Shown here: positions 45,808 to 54,637 of the stretch, piece by piece
How the letters are laid out: each line of letters begins with the position of its first letter
Position numbering within the stretch: the first letter of the stretch is position 1
From: an uncultured Syntrophaceae bacterium
GTDB lineage: Bacteria > Desulfobacterota > Syntrophia > Syntrophales > UBA2192
Direction: 5' to 3'
Assembly: GCA_964585095.1 (NCBI GenBank)
Contig: CAZPCN010000011.1
Location: 9,367 to 73,366, forward strand
DNA: 64,000 nucleotides
Program-made: the position numbers and the translations under genes
The notes under the pieces: generated by a model
The model's database searches: none
Seen by the model: only the letters and a program-made list of their open reading frames with translations
What the model was told of the DNA's origin: nothing

Positions 45808-48045
45808 ATGGCCTTCGAGCACCTGAACAAGAAACAGCTTCTCCAGAAGATGGAGGCCCTCCGTCTGGAGGTGATGGAGTACGAGAAGCAGGAGAGCGAG
45901 AAGCTCTACGAGGAGAAGCTCTACCGATCGCTGGCCGTCACCGCCGAAGCGGGCGTCTACATCATCAAGGACGGGGTGTTCCGTTTCGTCAACCAGTTCA
46001 CGGCGTCGAGGCTGGGGTGCCGTCCCGCGGAGCTCATCGGGCAGAAGGCCTCCGACTTCGTCCATCCCGACGACCGCGAGGCGGTCGCGAAGATGGCCAG
46101 GGACATGCTCCGCGGCAGGCGCGCTCAGCCTTACGAGTTCCGGACCGTCGGCAAAGACGGGCGGGTCCACTGGATCCTCGAGTCCGCCACCTCTATCGAT
46201 TTCGGCGCGGGCCGCGCCGTGCTCGGGCAGTCGATGGACGTCACCCGGCAGGTCGAGGCCCGGGAGCGCCTGGCCCGGCTCGAAGCCCTCGAGGCGTCGA
46301 TCCTCGAGTCGATCCCCCACGCCGTGATCGGCCTGAAGAACCGGCAGATCATCTTCGCCAACGACGGCGTCGAGAAGGTCTTCGGCTGGAAGCGCGAGGA
46401 GGTCATCGGCCGGAGCACCCGGATCTTCTACCGCACCAGGAAGGAGTGGGCCGTCGGGGCGGACAACCTCTACCGCTCCCTGGAGACGCAGCGGACCTTC
46501 ACCGCCGAGGTCCAGCGCAAGAGAAAGGACGGCGCGCCCATCGTCTGCCGCCTCACGGCGTCCCGAATCGGCCCCGCGCTCGTCGACAAGCAGGTGGTCA
46601 TCACCTACGAGGACATCACGGACCAGAAAGCGGCCGAGGAAGTCTACATGACCATGGCCGAGAGCTCCCAGGTCGGGGTGTACGTGGTGCACGGCGGGAC
46701 GTTTCTCTACATCAACACCATCGGGGCGGCCTACGCCGGCTACCGCGCCGACGAGCTGATCGGCGCGAGTTCCCTGAAGCTCGTTCATCCCGACGACCGG
46801 GCCCTGGTCTCCAAGAGGGCCAGGGCGATGCTGCGGGGCAGGGGACGCACCCCCAACGTGTTCCGGATCCTGACGAAGGACGGCCAGGTGCGGTGGATCA
46901 TGGAAACGGTGACGCCGATCCGATTCCAGGGGAAAAAGGCCATCCTCGGCAACTCGATGGACATCACGGAGCAGAAGGAGGCGCAGGGCAAGCTCGCGGA
47001 GCTCGAAGCCCTCGAGGCGTCGATCCTCGAGTCGATCCCGCACGCCGTGGTCGGGTTGAGGGACCGGAAGATCTTCTTCGCCAACGACGGCGTCGAGAAG
47101 GTCTTCGGCTGGAAACCGAAGGACCTGATCGGCCGGGGGAAAAGGCTCCTGTTCCTCTCGGACTCGGAATTCGAGGTGATCGCCCAGCTGCTCTACTCCA
47201 CGCTGGAGAGGCGACGGACGTTCGCCGTCGAGTACCCCTGCTGCAAGAAGGACGGCGCCGAAGTGCAGTGCATGATCAGCGCGGCGCGCATCGGGGAGCG
47301 GCTGGAGCACGACAGCATCGTGATCACCTTCGAGAACATCACGTACCGCAAGCAGTTCGAGAAGGAGCTCGAGCTCTCCCGCGGGAGGCTGCGCGACCTC
47401 TCGATGCACCTCCAGACGGTGCGTGAGAAGGAGAGGACGCGCATCGCGCGCGAACTCCACGACGAGCTGGGGCAGCTCCTGACGGCGCTCAACACGGGCG
47501 TCATCCTGCTGCGCAAGAAGATCCCGTCCGACCAGGAGCACCTCCTGGAGAGGACGCTGTCGATGAAGGAACTCATCGACATGACCATGCAGACCGTCAA
47601 GCGGATCTACATGGACCTCCGGCCCGGCATGCTCGACCACCTGGGGCTGCCCGCGGCGATCGAGTGGCAGTGCCAGGAGTTCCAGAAACGGACGGGCATC
47701 CAGTGCTCCATCGTCGTGGATCCCGAGGACATGGAGCCCAACAAGGACGCCTCCATCACCGTCTTCCGCATCCTCCAGGAGACGCTCACGAACGTGGCCA
47801 AGCACTCGAAGGCGACCCGCGTGCAGGTGAGTCTCAAGGGGCTGGAGGACGATCTGGAACTCGCGGTGTCGGACAACGGCAGGGGCATCCGCGACGGGGA
47901 TCTCCAGAAGCCGAAATCGTTCGGGCTGCTGGGGGTCCGGGAGCGGGTGGATTTCCGCGGCGGCGAGGTGCACATCTCCGGCAGGAAGGGGAAAGGGACG
48001 ACGGTAACGGTGCGTCTGCCGGCCTGGAGAGGAGGCGAGACATGA
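45808..48045 (+). CDS. four-PAS sensor histidine kinase (HisKA_3/NarX-type)
   Basis: It has an N-terminal coiled coil, four PAS units in an A-B-A'-B' pattern, the H-box ARELHDELGQLLTAL and a C-terminal HATPase domain (DNGRGI, GLLGVRERV). Confidence 0.85.
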   Translation: MAFEHLNKKQLLQKMEALRLEVMEYEKQESEKLYEEKLYRSLAVTAEAGVYIIKDGVFRFVNQFTASRLGCRPAELIGQKASDFVHPDDREAVAKMARDMLRGRRAQPYEFRTVGKDGRVHWILESATSIDFGAGRAVLGQSMDVTRQVEARERLARLEALEASILESIPHAVIGLKNRQIIFANDGVEKVFGWKREEVIGRSTRIFYRTRKEWAVGADNLYRSLETQRTFTAEVQRKRKDGAPIVCRLTASRIGPALVDKQVVITYEDITDQKAAEEVYMTMAESSQVGVYVVHGGTFLYINTIGAAYAGYRADELIGASSLKLVHPDDRALVSKRARAMLRGRGRTPNVFRILTKDGQVRWIMETVTPIRFQGKKAILGNSMDITEQKEAQGKLAELEALEASILESIPHAVVGLRDRKIFFANDGVEKVFGWKPKDLIGRGKRLLFLSDSEFEVIAQLLYSTLERRRTFAVEYPCCKKDGAEVQCMISAARIGERLEHDSIVITFENITYRKQFEKELELSRGRLRDLSMHLQTVREKERTRIARELHDELGQLLTALNTGVILLRKKIPSDQEHLLERTLSMKELIDMTMQTVKRIYMDLRPGMLDHLGLPAAIEWQCQEFQKRTGIQCSIVVDPEDMEPNKDASITVFRILQETLTNVAKHSKATRVQVSLKGLEDDLELAVSDNGRGIRDGDLQKPKSFGLLGVRERVDFRGGEVHISGRKGKGTTVTVRLPAWRGGET
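46279..46391 (+). repeat. intragenic direct repeat, copy 1 (start of PAS unit B)
   Basis: It is about 90% identical by eye to 47002-47114, offset by 723 nt. Two blocks are perfectly identical (38 nt at 46279-46316, 39 nt at 46353-46391). Confidence 0.85.
47002..47114 (+). repeat. intragenic direct repeat, copy 2 (start of PAS unit B')
   Basis: See copy 1. The identical blocks are 47002-47039 and 47076-47114. Confidence 0.85.
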
Positions 48046-48674
48046 TCAAGATCCTCATCGCCGACGATCACCCCATCGTGAGGCAGGGGTTCAAGCAGGT
48101 CCTCTCGGAGACGGCGGACCTCGTGGTGGCCGACGAAGCGGGAAACGGCCAGGAGGTGCTCTCCCTGGTCGGCCGCAAGGACTACGACGTGATCCTGCTG
48201 GACATCTCCATGCCGGGCAAGAACGGGCTCGAGGTGCTCAAGGAGCTGAGGATCGCGAACCCGAAGATCCCCGTCCTGATCCTGAGCATCTACCCCGAGG
48301 AGCAGTACGCCATCCGCGCCCTGAAGGCCGGGGCCTCCGGCTATCTCACGAAGGCCAGCGCCCCCGAGGAACTCATTTCGGCCATCCGCAAGGTCTCGCG
48401 GGGCGGGAAGTACATCAGCTCTTCCCTGGCGGAAAAGCTTGCCTACGAACTCGACGGCGATGCGGAGAAGGCCCCCCACGAAACGCTTTCGGACCGCGAG
48501 TACCAGATCCTCCTCATGATCGCCTCGGGGAAGACCGTTTCCGACATCGCCGAGGAGATGTGCCTCAGCGTCAAGACGGTGAGCACCTACCGCTCGCGGA
48601 TCCTGGACAAGATGAAGCTGAAGAACAACGCGGAGCTCACGACGTACGCGATCCGGAACAAGCTGGTAGAATAG
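48042..48674 (+). CDS. NarL/FixJ-family response regulator
   Basis: The ATG overlaps the kinase stop (ATGA). It carries MIKILIADDHPIVRQG, a DISMPGKNG receiver domain and a LuxR HTH (LSDREYQILLMIASGKTVSDIAEEMCLSVKTVSTYRSRIL). Confidence 0.9.
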   Translation: MIKILIADDHPIVRQGFKQVLSETADLVVADEAGNGQEVLSLVGRKDYDVILLDISMPGKNGLEVLKELRIANPKIPVLILSIYPEEQYAIRALKAGASGYLTKASAPEELISAIRKVSRGGKYISSSLAEKLAYELDGDAEKAPHETLSDREYQILLMIASGKTVSDIAEEMCLSVKTVSTYRSRILDKMKLKNNAELTTYAIRNKLVE

Positions 48675-48708
48675 GGTCTAGGGGCTCGGGTATAGGGTCT
48701 GAGGGACG
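48674..48708 (+). repeat. GGGTNNN heptad array (gggtcta ggggctc gggtata gggtctg agggacg)
   Basis: Read directly. The first G is the last base of the response-regulator TAG stop. It is the left arm of an inverted pair. Confidence 0.9.
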
Positions 48709-48740
48709 AAGAATTTGTTATAGATGAAATCTTATTCCAT

Positions 48741-48772
48741 CCCGATACCCTAGACCCGATACCCGATACCCC
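48741..48772 (-). repeat. GGGTNNN heptad array, 4 units on the minus strand (gggtatc gggtatc gggtcta gggtatc)
   Basis: Read directly. It is the right arm of the inverted pair around a 32-nt AT-rich core (48709-48740). It ends 15 nt before the ferredoxin ATG. Confidence 0.9.
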
Positions 48773-48787
48773 GTTCCGAAGGAACCC

Positions 48788-48976
48788 ATGCGCATCGTCA
48801 TCAACAAACAGGCCTGCATCGGCTGCGAGATCTGCGTGAACACCTGCCCGGAGGTGTTCCTGGAGTGGGGCCTGCACATGCGGGCAACCTTCGAGGTCAA
48901 GGACCCGGAACGGTATCAGGCCCTCATCCGGAAAGTTGTCGAGGATTGCCCCGCACGGGCGATCTCCATCACCTGA
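48788..48976 (+). CDS. small ferredoxin
   Basis: The 62-aa product contains CIGCEICVNTCP plus a distal CP motif (EDCPARAI). Confidence 0.8.
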   Translation: MRIVINKQACIGCEICVNTCPEVFLEWGLHMRATFEVKDPERYQALIRKVVEDCPARAISIT

Positions 48977-49005
48977 AACGCGTTCAGCGCGGCAGGCCCG
49001 AGAGA

Positions 49006-49704
49006 ATGAGCGAACCCTCCTTCACTCAACCCATCTCGGATCGAGAGGTTCTTGTCATCATGGCCCGCTACCCCGAGGCGGGCGCCGTCAAGAGACGGCT
49101 GGCGCGGGATCTGGGGGACGCCAGGACCCTCGTGGTCTACAAGGCTTTTCTCGAGGACCTCAACGGAAAGTTCGGGGGGCGCGAGCGGCCCCTCGTCTGG
49201 TACTACACGCCTGCGGGCAGCCCCTTCGGGAACTGGCTGGGCGGCAAGGCCGCCTTCAGGCCGCAATCGGGGGACACCCTTCAAGAGAGCCTCCGGGGCG
49301 TAGTCGGCGACCTGTTCCGGGATGGCTTCGATCGGATCGTCGTGACGGGCGCGGACTGCCCCCACCTGACGATCGACGAAGTCGACGCCGCATTCGAAGG
49401 GCTCCGGGGATCCGACGTCGTTCTTCAGCCCTCCGACGACGGGGGCTACAACCTCGTCGGGCTTCGCTCCCCTTCCGACCTGTTTTCGGGGGTCGCCCTG
49501 GGCACTGGAGCCGCCCTTCGCGAGACCGTCGACCGCGCCCGATCCCTCGGGCTCACGTGCCGATTCCTTCCGCCTTCTTTCGACGTCGACACGATCGAGG
49601 ACCTGCATCGGCTTCGGGATTTCCTGGCGGCGTCGGATGACCCGCTTCCACGCACCCGCGAGGCGCTTGCCGGGATCCGGGCAGGGGGTCAACAGGCAGG
49701 CTAG
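49006..49704 (+). CDS. DUF2064/TIGR04282-like nucleotidyltransferase-fold protein
   Basis: The start is the ATG at 49006. It carries [26 protein letters not shown] and [12 protein letters not shown]. The family assignment is from memory. The stop overlaps the trmFO stop (CTAG, 49701-49704). Confidence 0.55.
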   Translation: MSEPSFTQPISDREVLVIMARYPEAGAVKRRLARDLGDARTLVVYKAFLEDLNGKFGGRERPLVWYYTPAGSPFGNWLGGKAAFRPQSGDTLQESLRGVVGDLFRDGFDRIVVTGADCPHLTIDEVDAAFEGLRGSDVVLQPSDDGGYNLVGLRSPSDLFSGVALGTGAALRETVDRARSLGLTCRFLPPSFDVDTIEDLHRLRDFLAASDDPLPRTREALAGIRAGGQQAG

Positions 49705-51017
49705 ATGGACAAGGATCGGATCCAGTCCCCCAGCGCCGCGAGGGCTCGCTCGGCGTAGGCCGCACCGCGAAGCCGTTTCCTCATTTTCCCGCCCAGGGGC
49801 TCGAAGAGCCCGAAATTCACGTTCATCGGCTGAAAGGTCTTCCCGTCGGCGAGACTGACATGATGCAGCAGCGCGCCCAGCGCGGTCGTGCGCGGGGGGA
49901 TGGAAACCGGCGCGCCGAGGCGGATTGCGTGCAGGAAGATACCGGCGAGCAAGCCCGTGGCCGCCGATTCGACGTAGCCCTCCACGCCGGTGATCTGACC
50001 CGCGAAGAACAGGTCGGGGTTGGAACGAAGCTGCAGGGTGTCCGTCAGCAACAGGGGCGAGTTGAGAAAGGTATTGCGATGGATGCTCCCGAAGCGGAGG
50101 AACTCCGCCTTCTCGAGCCCCGGGATCGTGCGGAAGATCCGCTCCTGCTCGGGCCGGGCGAGCTTGGTCTGGAAGCCGACCATGTTGAACATCGTTCCGT
50201 CCCGGTTCTCCTGTCTCAGCTGTATGACGGCATGGGGCTCCCTGCCTGTCCGGGGGTCGACGAGGCCCACGGGCTTCATCGGCCCGAACCGCAGGGTGTC
50301 CTCCCCGCGGCGCGCCAGGATTTCGATGGGCAGGCAGCCCTCGAAGTACTTCTCGTCCTCGAAGGGCCGTGCCGCGATCTCCCGGCCCTCGAGGACGGCC
50401 TTCCGGAAGTCCCCGTACTGCTGCTCGTCCAGCGGGCAGTTCAGGTAGTCCCCCTCGCCCTCGTCGTACCGGGATGCCCGGAAGACCTTCGTGCGGTCGA
50501 TCGATCCGGCGTCCAGGATGGGGGCAATGGCGTCGTAGAAGTGCAGGGACGCCTGGCCGACGATTTGGGCGATGGCGGCGGCAAGCGGGTCCGACGTCAG
50601 GGGGCCCGTGGCGACGATGACGTGCGCCCCCGGCGGGATATCCGTGCACTCCTGCCGGACGATGCGGAGGCCCTGCCGGGCCTGCAGGGTCATCTCGATG
50701 CGCTCCGAGAACAGGGCCCGATCGACGGCCAGGGCCTTGCCCGCCGGCACGCACGTGGCGTCGGCCGAGGCGATGACGAGGGAGTCGAGCCTGCGCATCT
50801 CTTCCTTGAGGAGGCCGACGGCGCTCGTGGGCTCGTTGGATCGCAGGGAGTTGCTGCAGACCAGCTCCGCCAGGCGCGGGGAGCTGTGGGCGGGCGAGAG
50901 CTTGCCGGGCTTCATGTCGACGAGCGCGACCTCGTGGCCGCGCTTCGTCAGCTGCCAGGCCGCTTCGCAGCCCGCAAGGCCGCCGCCGATGATGATGATC
51001 GGTTTCGTTCGGGTCAT
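49701..51017 (-). CDS. trmFO: methylenetetrahydrofolate--tRNA-(uracil-5-)-methyltransferase
   Basis: It has the FAD motif [17 protein letters not shown], plus [10 protein letters not shown] and [15 protein letters not shown]. It is 438 aa. Confidence 0.9.
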   Translation of the reverse strand: MTRTKPIIIIGGGLAGCEAAWQLTKRGHEVALVDMKPGKLSPAHSSPRLAELVCSNSLRSNEPTSAVGLLKEEMRRLDSLVIASADATCVPAGKALAVDRALFSERIEMTLQARQGLRIVRQECTDIPPGAHVIVATGPLTSDPLAAAIAQIVGQASLHFYDAIAPILDAGSIDRTKVFRASRYDEGEGDYLNCPLDEQQYGDFRKAVLEGREIAARPFEDEKYFEGCLPIEILARRGEDTLRFGPMKPVGLVDPRTGREPHAVIQLRQENRDGTMFNMVGFQTKLARPEQERIFRTIPGLEKAEFLRFGSIHRNTFLNSPLLLTDTLQLRSNPDLFFAGQITGVEGYVESAATGLLAGIFLHAIRLGAPVSIPPRTTALGALLHHVSLADGKTFQPMNVNFGLFEPLGGKMRKRLRGAAYAERALAALGDWIRSLSI

Positions 51018-51018
51018 T

Positions 51019-51127
51019 GGATGGAAGCTGGGAAGTTGAGATGTTGTGAAGTTGAGAATCGGATTCGTCGGTCGAACGACGAGGAGTCATCCGCGCTTCC
51101 TAACTTCATAACTTCCTAACTTCCGTC
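51019..51127. repeat. GAAGTT octamer-array hairpin element (copy 2)
   Basis: The plus-strand left arm is ggatggaagctgggaagttgagatgttgtgaagttgag. The core contains a CGTCG...CGACG mini-hairpin. The right arm is gcttcctaacttcataacttcctaacttccgtc. The element fills the topA-trmFO spacer and contains the 21-mer shared with 26471-26491. Confidence 0.8.
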
Positions 51128-51128
51128 T

Positions 51129-53369
51129 TTACGAGATCGGTTCCTTGAACCCGCAGCCTTCCTTCGGGCAGGCCTTCATGCGGCCCGTCTTCCGGTTGTA
51201 CTTCTCGACGAGGAACGGCGAACCGCACTGGGGGCACGCCTCGGCGACGGGGCGGTCCCAGGTGGCGTATTTGCACTGGGGGTAGCGGGTGCAGCCGTAG
51301 AAGGACTTGCCCTTCTTCGTCCGCTTCTCCGCCAGCGTGCCCGTGCAGCCTTCCTCGGGGCAGGCCACGCCTGTCGAGAAGGGCAGGGTGCTCTTGCACT
51401 CCGGGTATCCCGAGCAGCCGAGGAACTTCCCGAAGCGGCCTTCCTTGAGGACCATGGGCTTGCCGCACTTTTCGCAGGCGATGTCCGTCGGTTTCGCCTC
51501 GGCCTGGCCGTTGGCGCCTCCGTTGCCGTTCAAGTTCTTCGTGTTCTTGCAGTCGGGGTACTTGGAGCAGGCGATGAAGCGGCCGTTGCGGCCCCACTTG
51601 ATCACCATGGGGGCCCCGCATTTGTCGCAGATCTCGTCGGTGGGCTCGCCCTGCGTCTTGACGTTGCGCATCTTCTTGGCGGCGTTTTTCAGGTCCTTCT
51701 CGAAGGGCGCGTAGAATTTCTTCAGCGTGTCGATCCGGTTGAGCGTACCCTCCTCGATCCGGTCGAGCTGGTCCTCCATGGCGGCGGTGAACTCCACGTC
51801 CAGGATCTGGGGGAAGTTCTCCACCAGCAGCTCGTTGACCAGGATCCCGAGGTCCGTGGGGTGGATGCGCGCCTGATCGAGCTTCACGTAGTTACGCTCC
51901 TGGATGGTGCTGAGGATGGCGGCGTAGGTGCTGGGCCGTCCGATGCCCTTCTCCTCGAGCTCGCGCACCAGCATGGCCTCGGTGAAGCGGGGAGGCGGCT
52001 GGGTGAAGTGCTGCTCGGGCTTGAGCTCCAGCAGCTTCAGGACTTCCTTCTCCGCGAGCTTCGGCAGCGTCTTGCCGTTGCCGTTCTCGTCGTCCGTGTC
52101 CTTGCCCTCCGTGTAAAGGATCGTGAAGCCCGCGAACTTCAGAACCGAGCCGCGCACCTGGAAGAGGCAGTCTGCCGCCGCGATGTCGACGGTCGTCTGG
52201 TCGTAGACGGCCGGGTTCATCTGGCTCGCCACGAAGCGGTTCCAGATGAGCTGGTAGAGCCGGAACTCGTCGCTCGAGAGCAGCGGCTTGATCTCGGCGG
52301 GACGGTAGGCGAGAGACGTGGGGCGGATGGCCTCGTGGGCGTCCTGGGCTTTCTCGGAGGTGGCGTACACCTTTGCCTTGGCGGGCAGGAAATCCTTGCC
52401 GTAGACGTCCTGGATGAAGGAGCGCGCCTCGGCCAGGGCCTCGCCCGCGACCCGGACGGAGTCGGTTCGCATGTAGGTGATGAGGCCCACGGGGCCTTCC
52501 TTTCCGAGCTCGATGCCCTCGTAGAGCTTCTGGGCGATCATCATGGTCTTCTTGGGCGAGAAGTGGAGCCAGCGCGAGGCCTCCTGCTGGAGCTTGCTCG
52601 TCGTGAAGGGGGGAAGCGGGTTGCGCTTCGTCTCCTTGCTCTCGATCGAGGTCACCGTGAAGGGGGATTTCTTGAGCGTCTCGACGAGACCCGTGGCCTG
52701 CTCGCCGTTTCCGACCTTGGCCTTCTTTCCCGCGATCTTGACGAGCTTGGCCTCGAAGGGCGGCGGGTTGGCCCCCTCCAGGGCCGCCGTGATCGTCCAG
52801 TACTCCTCGGGCTTGAAGTTCCGGATTTCCTCCTCGCGCTCGCAGACGATCCGCACGGCGACGGACTGGACGCGCCCCGCCGAGAGCCCCCGCTTCACCT
52901 TGTCCCAGAGGATCGGGCTGATCTGGTAGCCCACGAGCCTATCGAGGATGCGCCTCGTCTGCTGGGCCTCGTAGCGGTTGCGGTCCAGGGGCAGGGGGTT
53001 CCGGATGGCCGCCAGCATCGTGTTCTTCGTCAGGTCGTTGAAGAGCACGCGGTAGAGCGACTTGCCCTTGGCGCCGATCTCCTCGGCGATGTGCCAGGCG
53101 ATGGCCTCCCCCTCGCGGTCGGGGTCCGGGGCGAGGAAGATCGTGTCGGCCGCCTTCGCGGCCTTCTTGAGCTCCGTGATGACCTTCTTCTTGGCCTCGA
53201 GGACCTGGTAGGTGGGGCTGAAGTCGTGCTCGATGTCGATCCCGAGCGTGTTGCCGGGCAGGTCCTTCACGTGGCCCACGGAGGCCCGGACGTCGAACTC
53301 CGAGCCGAGGTATTTCTTGATGGTCTTCACCTTCGTGGGCGACTCGACGATGATCAGTGCGTTCGACAT
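51129..53369 (-). CDS. topA: DNA topoisomerase I
   Basis: The ATG at 53369 gives MSNALIIVESPTKVKTIKKYLG (TOPRIM). The catalytic region is present, and there are four C-terminal C4 zinc ribbons. It is 746 aa. Confidence 0.95.
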   Translation of the reverse strand: MSNALIIVESPTKVKTIKKYLGSEFDVRASVGHVKDLPGNTLGIDIEHDFSPTYQVLEAKKKVITELKKAAKAADTIFLAPDPDREGEAIAWHIAEEIGAKGKSLYRVLFNDLTKNTMLAAIRNPLPLDRNRYEAQQTRRILDRLVGYQISPILWDKVKRGLSAGRVQSVAVRIVCEREEEIRNFKPEEYWTITAALEGANPPPFEAKLVKIAGKKAKVGNGEQATGLVETLKKSPFTVTSIESKETKRNPLPPFTTSKLQQEASRWLHFSPKKTMMIAQKLYEGIELGKEGPVGLITYMRTDSVRVAGEALAEARSFIQDVYGKDFLPAKAKVYATSEKAQDAHEAIRPTSLAYRPAEIKPLLSSDEFRLYQLIWNRFVASQMNPAVYDQTTVDIAAADCLFQVRGSVLKFAGFTILYTEGKDTDDENGNGKTLPKLAEKEVLKLLELKPEQHFTQPPPRFTEAMLVRELEEKGIGRPSTYAAILSTIQERNYVKLDQARIHPTDLGILVNELLVENFPQILDVEFTAAMEDQLDRIEEGTLNRIDTLKKFYAPFEKDLKNAAKKMRNVKTQGEPTDEICDKCGAPMVIKWGRNGRFIACSKYPDCKNTKNLNGNGGANGQAEAKPTDIACEKCGKPMVLKEGRFGKFLGCSGYPECKSTLPFSTGVACPEEGCTGTLAEKRTKKGKSFYGCTRYPQCKYATWDRPVAEACPQCGSPFLVEKYNRKTGRMKACPKEGCGFKEPIS

Positions 53370-54517
53370 CAAGGCTCCTTCAAAATAAATCGCTTTCCCG
53401 GAAGCTGCCGGATGTACCCCTTGAGCTCCAGGGACAACAGAAGCGAAAGGGCCTCGGCCGCGGCCAGGCCCGTTCGGTTGATGAGGGTATCGGCATCCTG
53501 CGGCGTTTCTGTAACGAACCGCAGAAGCCGCGACTCTTGATCCGTCAGGGCCTCGAGGCCCGGCGTGCCGGCCGGCGCGCCCTCGGCGCGGGCGGGAATT
53601 TCCTCTGTCGCGTCCGGCCGCGCTGCGGTCGGGCGCTCGAGCTGCGGGAGGATCTCCTCGAGGATGTCCTCCACGTTCTCCACGAGCTTGGCCCCCTGCC
53701 GGAGAAGCCTGTTTACGCCCCGCGAGCCCGGCAGGTCGATGCTGCCCGGGACGGCGAAGACCTCTCGGTTCTGATCCAGCGCGCACCGGGCCGTGATGAG
53801 CGAGCCGCTCTTCTCCCCCGCCTCGACGATGAGGACGCCCAGCGAGAGGCCGCTGATGATGCGATTGCGCGCCGGGAAGTGCGGGCGGTCCGGTTCCGTA
53901 CCGAAGGGGAACTCCGTCACGACGGCGCCGCTCGAGGCGATCTCGCCGTGGAGCTTCCGATTCTCCGGCGGGTAGACCACGTCGATGCCGCAGCCCATCA
54001 CGGCGATCGTGCGGCCCCGGCCCGCCAGGGCCCCGCGGTGCGCGCAGGTGTCGATGCCGCGGGCCAGCCCGCTGACGACGGTCACCCCCCGCTGCGCCAG
54101 CTCACGGCAGAGCCTCTCCGTGACATAACGGCCATAGGGGCTTGCGTTGCGCGAGCCGACGACGGCGACGGGGATCTCCGCCGCGTCGAGTCTTCCTTTT
54201 ATATAGAGAAGCGGGGGAGGGTCGTAGATCCTCCGCAGCCTCTCCGGGTACGCCGGGTCCCTGCAGGTAACGATCGAGACGCCCTCGCGCTCGGCCCGCG
54301 CAAGCTCGGCGCGGGCACGCTCCCAGCCCCGAAATTCCTTGATGTTGCGTGCCGTCTTGTGGTTTAATCCCGCCGCTTGCTCCAGTTCGGGCAGGGCGGC
54401 TTCGAAGACACGGCGAGGCGATCCATAGACCGACAGGAGATTGCGGAACGCGACGCTTCCGACCCCCTCGACGGACGTGAGCGCAATCCAGGTTGTCAAT
54501 TCGTCCCTGACTGCCAC
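53369..54517 (-). CDS. dprA: DNA processing protein DprA
   Basis: It carries VAVVGSRNASPYG, VVSGLARGIDTCAH, SGSLITAR and a C-terminal winged helix. There is no ATG in the right region. A GTG at 54517 or a TTG at 54499 is the likely start. The stop overlaps the topA ATG (TGATG). Confidence 0.8.
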   Translation of the reverse strand: MAVRDELTTWIALTSVEGVGSVAFRNLLSVYGSPRRVFEAALPELEQAAGLNHKTARNIKEFRGWERARAELARAEREGVSIVTCRDPAYPERLRRIYDPPPLLYIKGRLDAAEIPVAVVGSRNASPYGRYVTERLCRELAQRGVTVVSGLARGIDTCAHRGALAGRGRTIAVMGCGIDVVYPPENRKLHGEIASSGAVVTEFPFGTEPDRPHFPARNRIISGLSLGVLIVEAGEKSGSLITARCALDQNREVFAVPGSIDLPGSRGVNRLLRQGAKLVENVEDILEEILPQLERPTAARPDATEEIPARAEGAPAGTPGLEALTDQESRLLRFVTETPQDADTLINRTGLAAAEALSLLLSLELKGYIRQLPGKRFILKEP

Positions 54518-54637
54518 GGAACGGGTGACCTCGGCTTTATACAAAGCAGACCTTCTATACTCGAGCGGACCGCCTGTCAAGCATTTTCGAACGCCCCGGA
54601 CGCGCCCCCCGGGCGCGGGACGGGGCGGGAGCCGGTG

